Assembly (NCBI GenBank): GCA_048885525.1 | Contig: JBHLLP010000008.1 | Location: 47,735 to 111,734 of the forward strand | Length of the DNA: 64,000 nucleotides | Direction: 5' to 3' | Source: Candidatus Hermodarchaeota archaeon | Lineage (GTDB): Archaea; Asgardarchaeota; Lokiarchaeia; Sigyniarchaeales; SOKP01 | Part shown: one piece after another, positions 37,305-47,274 of the stretch | How positions within the stretch are numbered: the stretch's first letter is position 1 | How the letters are laid out: each line of letters begins with the position of its first letter | Translations under genes and position numbers: made by a program | Notes under the pieces: generated by a model | The model's database searches: none | What the model was told of the DNA's origin: nothing | The model's input: only the letters and a program-made list of their open reading frames with translations

Positions 37305-37612
37305 TTTTTTGACCTTCTCCTCTTTTTTAAACTCCTTAACCTATTTACAGGAAGTCCAACAATCTTATTCCCTTGAACTTCTAAATAATAATCATCTTTT
37401 TCATTATTCTGGTAATTTGAAATTTTAAATCTAAATATATATTCTTTTTTAACATACTTCTTTATCTTATTATCCTTTTCAGTAATTAACAGATTTCTTG
37501 TTTCATCAATTACAACGCCTATGTTTGAGAATTTTTTATCATATGACTTGCGTTTAGCATAGGTATTAAAGCCTATAAGATCATGATATATTAAATACTT
37601 TAAACTAATCAT
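37301..37612 (-). CDS. rnp1: Ribonuclease P protein subunit Rpp29/Pop4
   Basis: HDLIG, GVVIDETRNLL, G..IVG.P..RL; position between uL29 and uS17. Confidence 0.88.
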   Translation of the reverse strand: MISLKYLIYHDLIGFNTYAKRKSYDKKFSNIGVVIDETRNLLITEKDNKIKKYVKKEYIFRFKISNYQNNEKDDYYLEVQGNKIVGLPVNRLRSLKKRRRSKK

Positions 37613-37809
37613 AATTTTTCCTCCTTCATCACTGTTAGAATTCTGGCTATTTGTTTTTTTAATAATTTTGCTTTGGCTGGATTATCAGAAAGCCCTCCAC
37701 CAGTTTGCATTGAATATAACATCATTAACTCCTCTCGTAACTTAATTAGATTTCTCTCTCTTTCTCGTTCATCCATTTCTCGAACTTTTTTTGCTGTTAT
37801 AATATCCAT
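37609..37809 (-). CDS. rpl29: 50S ribosomal protein uL29
   Basis: VREMD, L..LREEL, NPAKAKLLKKQIARILTV; ATG at 37809. Confidence 0.95.
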   Translation of the reverse strand: MDIITAKKVREMDERERERNLIKLREELMMLYSMQTGGGLSDNPAKAKLLKKQIARILTVMKEEKL

Positions 37810-37837
37810 CTCATACCACAATATTGTGTTATTATTT

Positions 37838-38626
37838 TTATTTTTTCTCTGATTCCGCTTGTTCACCTTCAGTATCAGGAATCAACGAAATCTCGGAAAT
37901 TTCTTCCTCATCAACTTCATCAAGTAATTTCTTATCCTCCTCGCTTAAAACGCCTTCTTCTTCTTCGATCACATAATCTGCTCGCGTTTTCTTTAATTTT
38001 ACCTCCATTTCTGTTTGAGCTTTTGTTAAAAGATCATCCTTTATTTTGACATCATCTCCCATTTTAACATTAGCTCGCATTATTTTCACTATTACCCCTA
38101 AAACCCCAGATTTCTGTATACATTGAGCTACACCTTTATCAACTGCTGCTGCAGGTTGTCCCGATTTGGACATTGTTCCTGCTCTGAATATTTGTGTGCG
38201 AGCGCGTTGTGAAGTAACCTTCCCAGAAACGATTATCTCTACACCACGTGCCCCAGCATCCATTACTTTTCTTAATATATAATAACCCGCTCTGCGATAA
38301 TGGCGTCCTCGATCTAATGAATATGCTAATCTTTCTGCCATTATTTGAGCATCTAAATCTGGTTCAGCGACCTCTTCCACTTCAATTTGAGGCATTTCCA
38401 ATCCGAATCGGTCTTGTAGAACATCTGTAATTTCTTGAATTCTCTTTCCCCCTTTGCCAATTACTAATCCTGGACGAGAAGTTTTTAATGTGATTCTTAC
38501 CCCAAGAGGAGTACGTTGTAACTCAACGCCAGCAAATCCTGCACGAACTAACTCTGAACGTAAGTATTCATTAATTTGCATTAATTTAATACCTTGTTCA
38601 ATAAAATTTTTTACTAAAGGACTCAT
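37838..38626 (-). CDS. rps3: 30S ribosomal protein uS3 with acidic tail
   Basis: RPGLVIGKGG, GARGVEIIVSGK, GVLGVIVKIM. Confidence 0.97.
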   Translation of the reverse strand: MSPLVKNFIEQGIKLMQINEYLRSELVRAGFAGVELQRTPLGVRITLKTSRPGLVIGKGGKRIQEITDVLQDRFGLEMPQIEVEEVAEPDLDAQIMAERLAYSLDRGRHYRRAGYYILRKVMDAGARGVEIIVSGKVTSQRARTQIFRAGTMSKSGQPAAAVDKGVAQCIQKSGVLGVIVKIMRANVKMGDDVKIKDDLLTKAQTEMEVKLKKTRADYVIEEEEGVLSEEDKKLLDEVDEEEISEISLIPDTEGEQAESEKK

Positions 38627-38674
38627 TTTTTCTCAATAATCATAAATTTTAGATATCTTTTTTTATTTATTTTG

Positions 38675-39154
38675 CTAACTTGGAAATTCGTAAATTGCAA
38701 TTTCTATATGTGAAAGATGTTTAAATCTTGCTGAGCTTCTGCCGTGTGCGCGTGGGATATATCTCTTAATTATTCTGCCCATATGTGTTGCTGCATGAAT
38801 AATCCTACATAAATCAAGATCTAAACCTTTATATTCTGCATTTGATTCAACTGATGTGAGAATTTCATAAATTCTAGCAGCAGCTTTTCGAGGGTATCTT
38901 CCAGCATACCATTTAAATTGCTTTAAATCATTCTTATGGGCAACTTTTTTTTTATGTCTTCTAAAAGGAATTGATTGTTCCATTCTGATTACTTTTTCTA
39001 AAAACGTTTTTGCTTGATCAATCTTCATTCCTTTAATTACAGCACAAACTTCTCTAGCGTGTTTTGGTTTAATTCTAATATCCCGCCCCGATGCTTTTGC
39101 TAATCTATCTGCATCATATTTCTGTTCTACAAAAGAATAACCCCACGTAGGCAT
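38675..39154 (-). CDS. rpl22: 50S ribosomal protein uL22
   Basis: KHAREVC, GRYPRKAA, NAEYKGLD, PRAHGR, HIEI. Confidence 0.97.
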   Translation of the reverse strand: MPTWGYSFVEQKYDADRLAKASGRDIRIKPKHAREVCAVIKGMKIDQAKTFLEKVIRMEQSIPFRRHKKKVAHKNDLKQFKWYAGRYPRKAAARIYEILTSVESNAEYKGLDLDLCRIIHAATHMGRIIKRYIPRAHGRSSARFKHLSHIEIAIYEFPS

Positions 39155-39180
39155 TTAATCTCAACTCAGTTTATTTATTA

Positions 39181-39756
39181 TTATTTCAATGGAACATATT
39201 TAGAACTTCTTGTAGCTCCGATCCCAGGTGAACCATGTTGGACTCTTTTTCGAGTTAATGAGAATTCACCTAAATAATGACCAATCATTTCAGGTTTTAT
39301 ATCAACTACTTCAAAAATTCTCCCATTATATACTCCAATTTTTAGACCTACCATTTCAGGGAATATAATCATATCTCTTACATGTGTTCGTGTAAGCAAA
39401 TCTTTTCCTCTTTTTTTAGCCCTATAAGCCCTTCTTAATCTTTCAAGTAACTTTTTTTGTCTTGGAGGTAAACCACGTTTTAATGAACGTCGTGCTCTTG
39501 CGGGTAATAGTTGAATAAATTGATCCATGTTCATTTTCTTTAACTCCTCTAATGTATATCCTCTATATTTGAACCTTAACCGATCTAACTCTACTTCGGT
39601 GTCAATATCTCCTTCTTCTTCTAAATCTTCTTCCTTTTCCTTCTCAATATCAGTTTCTATCTCTTTCTCAGAATCTGAACCTTTTTCTAATTCACTATTC
39701 AATTCTTCCTCTAATTTTTCTGATCCTTTTTCATCAGATTGTTCATCCGGAGCCAT
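39181..39756 (-). CDS. rps19: 30S ribosomal protein uS19 with long acidic N-terminal extension
   Basis: [41 protein letters not shown]. Confidence 0.97.
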   Translation of the reverse strand: MAPDEQSDEKGSEKLEEELNSELEKGSDSEKEIETDIEKEKEEDLEEEGDIDTEVELDRLRFKYRGYTLEELKKMNMDQFIQLLPARARRSLKRGLPPRQKKLLERLRRAYRAKKRGKDLLTRTHVRDMIIFPEMVGLKIGVYNGRIFEVVDIKPEMIGHYLGEFSLTRKRVQHGSPGIGATRSSKYVPLK

Positions 39757-39984
39757 TTTTTAACCAATCTATTTATTCCATTTATATTATTCTTTAATTT
39801 TTTTCTTATCTAAGATATTACGGTAAGGTTTGTAGTGTTGTATTAAATTTTAACTTTTAGGTTAAGTTAGCAAAAATCATAAAACTTATAAGTGTTAGAT
39901 GTAAATTTGAAGGTATTTTCATGTATTTTAGTGTTTTGAATAAAAAAACGATTTTTGTCTACTTCCTTTAAAATTAAAAAGGAG

Positions 39985-40659
39985 TTATTCATATTTATTT
40001 GGATTAAAAACGCGATTTATATCACGCTCATCAAATAATCCATTCCAACTTTCTTTAAGAATCACAAATTTATTTTTTTCTTTATTGGGATTAATAACAG
40101 AATGATAAGTATTTATGGGGTTTTGAAATATTGTCCCAGTTTTAACAAAATAGTACACTCTATCCCTATTAATAATAATAGGTTCACCCTCCAAAATTTT
40201 CCATACTTCATTTCTATATTGATGTAACTGAATTGAAAGCCCATATTCTGGACGTACAAAAATTAGATTATAATTTGGATAAGAAAATTTAAAACTATAC
40301 CATTTTGGTAGGGTATCTATATAGCCTTTGGGAATATTATATCTTTTTTTAAATATTTCTGGACTTAGAGGTATCTTTTGTGAAGATTCATATTTAAATG
40401 GATCATAAATTATTAAATGGTTTGAAATATCTTGGTTATAATAGAGATCAAGTGGACAATTTCCATTATTTATTATCATGTAAAAAGAGCCTGGCTTAAT
40501 TAATAAATCTGAACGCGAAATCCCTTCAGTTTTAAAATTTATACCGTTAATTAAGAAAATATTGTGAAAATTTTCCTTATCAACTTCAATTTTTAAATTT
40601 TTTGGACCATTTTTTCTAAAACCTGTACTTCGTAAGGCACCTATTTTTTCATGAATCAA
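39985..40659 (-). CDS. Cupin-domain protein (type II mannose-6-phosphate isomerase C-terminal-like)
   Basis: LSIQLHQYRNEVWKILEG, NP..TYHSVIN, FDERDI.R. Confidence 0.7.
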   Translation of the reverse strand: MIHEKIGALRSTGFRKNGPKNLKIEVDKENFHNIFLINGINFKTEGISRSDLLIKPGSFYMIINNGNCPLDLYYNQDISNHLIIYDPFKYESSQKIPLSPEIFKKRYNIPKGYIDTLPKWYSFKFSYPNYNLIFVRPEYGLSIQLHQYRNEVWKILEGEPIIINRDRVYYFVKTGTIFQNPINTYHSVINPNKEKNKFVILKESWNGLFDERDINRVFNPNKYE

Positions 40660-40675
40660 ATTTAATACTCCTTCA

Positions 40676-41641
40676 TTACTCCCTTAAATTTAATTCTCTT
40701 ACTCTCATTCGAATTTCATTTAGAAAAGGCATTGAATCTTGGGCCCCTTTTCTCGTGACTGCAATTGAAGCTGCTATATTTGCGTATTTCGAAGCATCTA
40801 AGACTGAATTACCTTTACTTAACATACTTGCCAAAACCCCAACAAAACAATCACCAGCTCCAACTGTATCCACAGCTTTCACTTCAGGTGCTCTTACTTC
40901 GAAAAATTTTTCAGTTTTTTTTTCAAAAATTATACATCCTTTACTTCCTAATGTTGTTATAACATATTTTATTCCTAAGTTTGCAAGTTGTTTTGAAATA
41001 TGAATAATTCTTTGTTTTCCCTTCTCTTTTAAATTCTTGAACCCTAATAAAGAATATAAACGATAGAGTTCACCCTCATTTGGAATAATTATATCAATTT
41101 TTTTTAAAATATCAATTGGAATGTTTTTTAGTGGAGCTGGATTTAGAATTTTAATTACATTACCTTCAGATGCGATTGAAAATATTTCTTTAATAGTGTT
41201 TATTGGGATTTCCATCTGGACAACAACTGAATTTGCATTTTTAATGACGAGGGATCTAGCTATAATTTCTTCAGAATTCAGTTTAAAATTTGCTCCTGGG
41301 GCTACGCTTATCATATTTTCTCCATTTTCGTCAATTAATATAAAAGCCACTCCGCTCGGTTCTTCCGAATCTCTGATAATGTAATCCATATTAATACCTT
41401 CATTTTTTAATCGAGAAACCATCTGATCCCCAAATAGATCGAGACCGATTTTCCCAATATAAAAAGTTGTAGTTCCCGATCTCACAGAAGCAACTGCTTG
41501 ATTTGCTCCTTTTCCACCAAGGGTTTGTTTAAATACTCCTCCTGTAACTGTTTCTCCAGGATTTGGAAGTCTCTTAGAATAAATATTTAAATCCATATTA
41601 CTAGAACCAATTATAAGCACATAATTAGTTTCTTCAGACAT
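40676..41641 (-). CDS. rbsK: Ribokinase (PfkB family)
   Basis: GSSNMDL, GGKGANQAVA, NPAP, PNEGE, DTVGAGDCF. Confidence 0.95.
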   Translation of the reverse strand: MSEETNYVLIIGSSNMDLNIYSKRLPNPGETVTGGVFKQTLGGKGANQAVASVRSGTTTFYIGKIGLDLFGDQMVSRLKNEGINMDYIIRDSEEPSGVAFILIDENGENMISVAPGANFKLNSEEIIARSLVIKNANSVVVQMEIPINTIKEIFSIASEGNVIKILNPAPLKNIPIDILKKIDIIIPNEGELYRLYSLLGFKNLKEKGKQRIIHISKQLANLGIKYVITTLGSKGCIIFEKKTEKFFEVRAPEVKAVDTVGAGDCFVGVLASMLSKGNSVLDASKYANIAASIAVTRKGAQDSMPFLNEIRMRVRELNLRE

Positions 41642-41862
41642 AAGAGGTACCCTTATAATTAGCGATTCTTAAAATTTTTATTATCTCTTTATAATCTATT
41701 TATGGATCATCATAATATTTTATTTACGATCCTCTAGTTTTTGATCGAATGGTTTTAATTGAATAATTTTTTAAAAATAATATTAAGCATAATTCACATG
41801 CTTAACATTATAAAGAATTAATAATGTTAAATAAAATAATAAAAATCTAAAAGGTTATAGCC

Positions 41863-42177
41863 ATGGCTAAGGATAAAGTTATTGGAGCCATAGTAATGAT
41901 TGTTGGCATTCTCATTGCGATCATCTATACCATGGGGTCGATTGTAGATTTATTGTTTGACACAATCTGGAATAACCCAAATTGGGATTCATGGATTAGA
42001 ATCTTTGGAATAGACTGGCTTGACTGGAAACTGTTTGTGGTCGCACCTCTTTGGCTTTTAGTAATACTTATTGCTATCATAGCTATTTGGATTGGTTATA
42101 GTATGTTAACTACCCCTGCGCCCGTTCCACTTGAAGAATTAGAGGAGGAATTAGCTGCAGAAGAAGCCGAGGAATAA
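41863..42177 (+). CDS. Two-TM membrane protein, DPM2-like
   Basis: KDKVIG...IYT...LF and VVAPL...IWIGYSMLTT, then acidic tail; pattern matches DPM2 by eye. Confidence 0.6.
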   Translation: MAKDKVIGAIVMIVGILIAIIYTMGSIVDLLFDTIWNNPNWDSWIRIFGIDWLDWKLFVVAPLWLLVILIAIIAIWIGYSMLTTPAPVPLEELEEELAAEEAEE

Positions 42178-42227
42178 GTTATAATACAAATTTTCTTTTT
42201 TTTATTTTAAATTTTATTTGAATTATA

Positions 42228-43352
42228 TTAATTTAAACTTTCCTTTAATTTAGACATTCTAATTGTTCCATCATCATGGCAACTAAAGATTAATTTCTTT
42301 TCTTTTAGAAATTGAATCATATTTATACAGGAATGATATTTTTTAATACATAATATTTTACCTGTTTTTTCTTCAATAATGAGGAGCTCTCCTCTAGTAG
42401 TGCCAGCAAGAATAAATAAATTATCCTGATTTACTATAATTCTTAAAACCTCAATATTAAATCCTATAGTTTCCCAAATAACCTCTAGAAATTCATTTAA
42501 ACAAATTATATTTGAAGTAAATTCAATTTTTTCAATTGGTACTGCATCATTAAGATAATCAAAAGAATAAGAACTAACGAGAAGTTTATTATAAATCAAG
42601 TATGGATAAGAGATGCATTTCCAAACATAATTATTGAATTCTTTTGTTTTAATTTCATTTTTTGATTTCTTATTTATAATATGTAATTTCTTGTCATCTC
42701 CTCCACAAATTACTAATGTACCTTTAATTGTATTCATATAAGTAATAGATCGTAGTTTATTAGAATATTTTTTGTACCATAAAAGTTTTCCATTGGTTCC
42801 GTTAAAACTTCTGATAGTTCCATCATTTGCGCAGGCAATTATTTCTTTTTTAAGTCCCATTTTATCGTTCATAAAAATAATCATCTCTCCTATTCCCTCT
42901 TCAAAAACTTGACCCCAAATTAAATTACCAGTAAATGGGTCTAAAATCCTTAAAGTTTTATCAAGAGAACACGCAATTACTTCAATTATTTTATCATTAT
43001 TTATATCACCAATAATTATTCCACTAATAGAGGAATCAAATTTATGAGCCCATAAAAGCTCAAAATTATTTTTTGCATTAGGTTTAAAGACTCTTAATAA
43101 GCCATCCATTCCACCAAGAATTATTTCATTTTTTCCATCATTATCAATATCATAGACTTTTAAATGCCAAATCGGTAAATCTTTCGAAATTGTCTTTTCA
43201 TGAAGTAATTTGCCAATAAGGGATATAACCAACATAACTCCATTTCTAGTATAAGCCAAAATCTCAATTTGTCCATTACCATCAATATCAGCTAATTCAA
43301 TTCCTAAAATCGGTAAATTATATTTGAAATTCCAAAGTTCTTTAACTATCAA
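42228..43352 (-). CDS. WD40/FG-GAP beta-propeller protein
   Basis: Repeated DIDxDGxxEI, DGxxRxF, G.L.W blades. Confidence 0.85.
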   Translation of the reverse strand: MIVKELWNFKYNLPILGIELADIDGNGQIEILAYTRNGVMLVISLIGKLLHEKTISKDLPIWHLKVYDIDNDGKNEIILGGMDGLLRVFKPNAKNNFELLWAHKFDSSISGIIIGDINNDKIIEVIACSLDKTLRILDPFTGNLIWGQVFEEGIGEMIIFMNDKMGLKKEIIACANDGTIRSFNGTNGKLLWYKKYSNKLRSITYMNTIKGTLVICGGDDKKLHIINKKSKNEIKTKEFNNYVWKCISYPYLIYNKLLVSSYSFDYLNDAVPIEKIEFTSNIICLNEFLEVIWETIGFNIEVLRIIVNQDNLFILAGTTRGELLIIEEKTGKILCIKKYHSCINMIQFLKEKKLIFSCHDDGTIRMSKLKESLN

Positions 43353-43525
43353 CGTGAATCGATATCATGAAATTAAAAGATCTAATTTAAATTTTTAAAA
43401 TAATAAGTAATTGATAACTTTTCTTAATAAAAACGAAATTTATATTTTTTCTATTATTATCAAAGTTAGGATTATTATAAAATAATCAAATTACAGAAAT
43501 AAGAACTGAAAGGAGTCAAAAAACT

Positions 43526-43723
43526 ATGTCATTCGATATAAAAATCGATATGGATGCCTGTACTGGATGTGGTACATGCTATGAAGTGTGCCCTTCTGAA
43601 TGTTTTGGTGAACCTGAAGGTGGAAAAGTACATGTTCTTGAAGAAAACAGGGAAGATTGTGTTGGTTGTAGAGCTTGTGAAACTCAATGTCCTGAAGAGG
43701 CAATAGAAATTATAGAAAACTAA
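43526..43723 (+). CDS. 2x[4Fe-4S] ferredoxin
   Basis: CTGCGTCYEVCP and CVGCRACETQCP. Confidence 0.95.
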   Translation: MSFDIKIDMDACTGCGTCYEVCPSECFGEPEGGKVHVLEENREDCVGCRACETQCPEEAIEIIEN

Positions 43724-43956
43724 GTTTTTAGAATCAGTAATTATTTTTTATTTTTTTCATTTTTTCCTTCTACTAGTTTTTTTAAAGTTTGTAAATCGTA
43801 AAACAGAAACATGATGCTTACTTTTATAAGAGATGTAATATTCTTTAATCTAATTTAACTTAAACTTACCATCTTACTTTCTCTAGCATTAATAATAGAT
43901 TATTAGAGGAGTAATTATAAATAAAAAGAAATTTATAGTATTTTAAACAAAAAAGA

Positions 43957-45084
43957 TTACCATAGTAATATCCTGCCACACTTTTTGCATATTCCCTCAT
44001 TCACTTGAGTATTAAGGCAATTTTCATGATACGGTGCACTACAAGCTTGACAGCCATATATTTTTCCTGTATATTCAGTAAAATCAAAACCACAATAAAC
44101 ACAGATACTAGTAAATGAGAAATCAGAACTATTAACATTTAATTCAATTATTTGAGAAGTTTCTGTCAAACCACCTCCTCCAATGGCTGGTGCTAAATAA
44201 CCATTTTGTTGAGATGATGATACCCATTGTTCTTCTAAGGGAGGTTGATAATTCTGCTGTTGAGGTTGAGGAGTTTGCCAATTAGAAACATATTGAGATA
44301 ACGACGTTTTTGAAAGACCCATTTTTTGAGATATTTTCTCATCTAAAATATTAGTCAAAATTAATGCAGAAGCATATTTCCCCTTAGCTCCTCCTTTTTG
44401 TAAATGAGTATGACTGATCATATGAATTACTCGTCCACCTCTTTTTCCATAATTAAACTCGACAAGTACAGGAGATTCTCCCCACTTATTTTGAATTTCC
44501 CACGAGTTAATTAACACTCTAACGGCCTCATGATTTATAACTTGTATTGGGAACGAACGCGTTTCTAACCACCACCGAAATTCACTTTTTTTTGTGTTCT
44601 TAACCGTCTGTTTTTGCCACTTACTTTGTTGAATTTCACTTAGGACTCCTTCTAAGAAGGGGTGGTTTGGTTCAATAATTTGACAAGCAACGACAGCATC
44701 AGCAGTTTTTGCGTGATTCCAACGTATATAACCAGGAAAAATATTTTCAACGATACTACGTAGAGCCCAATCAGTAGTTATTAACCATCCCCCATTCATT
44801 ACAAAATCTCTAATTTTTGGATGAGAAGCATATGGGATATCACTTCCTGGACACCCTATAAGTACAACATCATACTCAGACAAGTCTTCTTTTATAATTT
44901 CTTTCTCTTTTACTACTTTCTTTAAGGATGCATACATATGTTCAATGACTTTTTTTGGTTTCTCATATCTTCCGCTAACAGCTAAAACTTTTCCATGTTT
45001 TTCAACAGCTTGGACCACATCTTTTTTATTTAGTGTTTCCATTTTGCGTTTCTTGACTTCCGAATATAAATCTTTCCAGCTCAT
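43957..45084 (-). CDS. Class I glutamine amidotransferase-like domain, Q-rich linker, C-terminal C4HC3 RING-like finger
   Basis: YDVVLIGCPG, FVMNGGWLITTDWA, GRVIH..SH; CxxC-x13-CxxC-x4-HxxC-x9-CxxC. Confidence 0.7.
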   Translation of the reverse strand: MSWKDLYSEVKKRKMETLNKKDVVQAVEKHGKVLAVSGRYEKPKKVIEHMYASLKKVVKEKEIIKEDLSEYDVVLIGCPGSDIPYASHPKIRDFVMNGGWLITTDWALRSIVENIFPGYIRWNHAKTADAVVACQIIEPNHPFLEGVLSEIQQSKWQKQTVKNTKKSEFRWWLETRSFPIQVINHEAVRVLINSWEIQNKWGESPVLVEFNYGKRGGRVIHMISHTHLQKGGAKGKYASALILTNILDEKISQKMGLSKTSLSQYVSNWQTPQPQQQNYQPPLEEQWVSSSQQNGYLAPAIGGGGLTETSQIIELNVNSSDFSFTSICVYCGFDFTEYTGKIYGCQACSAPYHENCLNTQVNEGICKKCGRILLW

Positions 45085-45180
45085 TTGATAAGCCTTTAAA
45101 TAAAGTTATAAGGAATTTAGTGTTATTTTATAATTATTATAAATGAATCAATATATATATTTTGATTAAAAGGGATAGTT

Positions 45181-46677
45181 TTGCTAGATTTAAAAGATTT
45201 AGGGCAACCCAATGAATTTTGGGAATATTTCGAAAAAGTTTCTAAAATTCCTAGATGTTCTGAGCATGAAGAGAAAATTAGGTCTTTTATAAAGGAGGAA
45301 TCAGAGAGTTTGGGTTTTAGAAGTAAGATTGATTCAACTGGTAATTTAGTAATCAATATTCCTTCAAACTTAAAGCAAAAAACAAAATGTGTTTTGCAAT
45401 GCCATATGGATATGGTTTGTGAAAAAAATGAATCTATTGTACATGATTTTTCAAAAGATCCATTGAAATTAAGCATTGAAGAAATAGATAATGAAAAATG
45501 GCTCACAGCTGAAGGAACAACTTTGGGTGCAGATAATGGAGTAGGAATATGTTACATATTAACTCTAATGAAAAAAATTCAAAAAGGAGAATTAAATTTT
45601 AACTCTTTAGGATTGGATTTATTATTTACTATTGATGAAGAACAAGGTCTTAGAGGTGCATTTAAAATTAAAAAAGATTTTTTCGATGGAAATTATCTGA
45701 TCAACCTTGATTCAGAAGAAGATGATGCGGTGACAATAGGATGTGCTGGAGGGCTTGTTCATTTTATCGAAATAACGAAAGATACAATAGATTTAAACCA
45801 AAACATTGAAAAATTCGTACCAATAAATGTTTTTGTTTTTGGTTTATTAGGAGGACATTCAGGAGTGGATATTCATTTAGGGAGAGGAAATGCTTTAAAA
45901 ATAATGGGCCAGCTTCTATGGAAATTAAATCAAGAATTTTTAATTCATCTTTGTTCAATTGATGGAGGAAACCGAACTAATGCTATACCTAGAGAAGTAA
46001 ATGCCATCCTTTATGCTGAAAAAGATAGATATAATGAGATACTATCTTTTATTAATACTACTTTTAATGATATAAAAGTGATTTTCAATGGAGTCGAACC
46101 CAATTTAGAACTTTCAATTGAGCAATTAGATAAGTATAGTAATTTTAAGGTTTTATCAAAAAAAATTCAAAATAAATTATTGGATATTATTTACTTAATA
46201 CCTAATGGTCCTATATCGATGCATCCCCGAATTGAGGGTTTAGTGTTTACATCAAGTAATTTAGCGACGATAAAAACAAGAAAAAATGATATAGAAATCA
46301 AAATAAGTCAAAGAAGTTTAAGTGAATATTTTAAAAATGTAATATGGGAAAAGACAAAAGCATTACTAGATATAAGTGGTTTAAACATTAATATTAAAAA
46401 AGATTCTGATTATCCGGGATGGACACCGAATTTTAAATCCACACTATTATCACATTGTAAAGAAATATATAAAAACTTGTTTCATAAGGATATAAAAATT
46501 AAAGCTATTCACGCTGGTTTAGAGTGTGGAATTTTAAAAAAGAAGTTTCCTCAAATGGAAATGATTTCAATAGGACCGAGAAACGAGGGTGCTCATTCAC
46601 CAGATGAACGATTACTTATTAAATCTGTAGAAAAAGTTTGGAAATTATTAATAAGTTTAATAAAAAAATTAAGTTAA
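45181..46677 (+). CDS. pepD: Aminoacyl-histidine dipeptidase (M20C)
   Basis: LQCHMDMVCEK, GTTLGADNG, DEEQGL, NLDSEE, GGHSG.DIH, IHAGLECG, AHSPDE. Confidence 0.95.
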   Translation: MLDLKDLGQPNEFWEYFEKVSKIPRCSEHEEKIRSFIKEESESLGFRSKIDSTGNLVINIPSNLKQKTKCVLQCHMDMVCEKNESIVHDFSKDPLKLSIEEIDNEKWLTAEGTTLGADNGVGICYILTLMKKIQKGELNFNSLGLDLLFTIDEEQGLRGAFKIKKDFFDGNYLINLDSEEDDAVTIGCAGGLVHFIEITKDTIDLNQNIEKFVPINVFVFGLLGGHSGVDIHLGRGNALKIMGQLLWKLNQEFLIHLCSIDGGNRTNAIPREVNAILYAEKDRYNEILSFINTTFNDIKVIFNGVEPNLELSIEQLDKYSNFKVLSKKIQNKLLDIIYLIPNGPISMHPRIEGLVFTSSNLATIKTRKNDIEIKISQRSLSEYFKNVIWEKTKALLDISGLNINIKKDSDYPGWTPNFKSTLLSHCKEIYKNLFHKDIKIKAIHAGLECGILKKKFPQMEMISIGPRNEGAHSPDERLLIKSVEKVWKLLISLIKKLS

Positions 46678-46746
46678 TATATAAGAATTAGTTAAAAAAC
46701 CTTTGAAAAACTTAATAAATTTGATTTAATAATAATTTCATAGTAT

Positions 46747-47253
46747 ATGCAAAAAGATACAACTAAGAAAGAAGAAATTATCGGGTCAGAAACTGTTTTA
46801 GAAAAAATTAAAAGCAGAACCCCATGGATTTTTGGAAAATCACTTAGGAAACCCAAAATTAGTTTCCCTAAAATGAGGCTTCCACGAATTTCCCTTCCAA
46901 TGCCATCAAGATCTTTAAGTATTGTAATAATCTTTATAATGTTGTTTGTTTTGCAGACAGGAGTCGTTTATATCCTCGTTCGAGACCCTCCTGCCCTAGG
47001 GGCTAATTCTGCTGGAGATCCTGTATTCATCTTTAACAATATTCATGAAAGTTTTATTATCGAAGGAATAATTGCTTCTATATTAATATTTTTTTGCTCA
47101 ATGGGATTTATTTTATTATATCAAGCATCTAAATATGTATATAATAAAAAGATGGCAATTTGGATTTTATTAATTGGTGTTTTGATGATTATTATAACCT
47201 TTATATTGCTACAATATATACTATCCGTGAAAACAGGAACAACTCAAATTTAA
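46747..47253 (+). CDS. Oligosaccharyltransferase accessory subunit, OSTC/DC2 (OST3/OST6 family)-like
   Basis: LPMPS, TGVVYILVRDPPALG, FIIEGIIASILIFFCSMGFILL, 3 TM; parallels OSTC GGIIYDVIVEPPSVG...YIMEGLASS..GFIIL. Confidence 0.8.
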   Translation: MQKDTTKKEEIIGSETVLEKIKSRTPWIFGKSLRKPKISFPKMRLPRISLPMPSRSLSIVIIFIMLFVLQTGVVYILVRDPPALGANSAGDPVFIFNNIHESFIIEGIIASILIFFCSMGFILLYQASKYVYNKKMAIWILLIGVLMIIITFILLQYILSVKTGTTQI

Positions 47254-47274
47254 TTGCAAAGATAAAAAAGAGAT

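Noticed and set aside
39858-39870. TAGGTTAAGTT upstream of uS19, a partial match to the 17-bp motif
   Set aside because: Lacks the CCTA half-site; an 11-nt match is plausible by chance in AT-rich DNA
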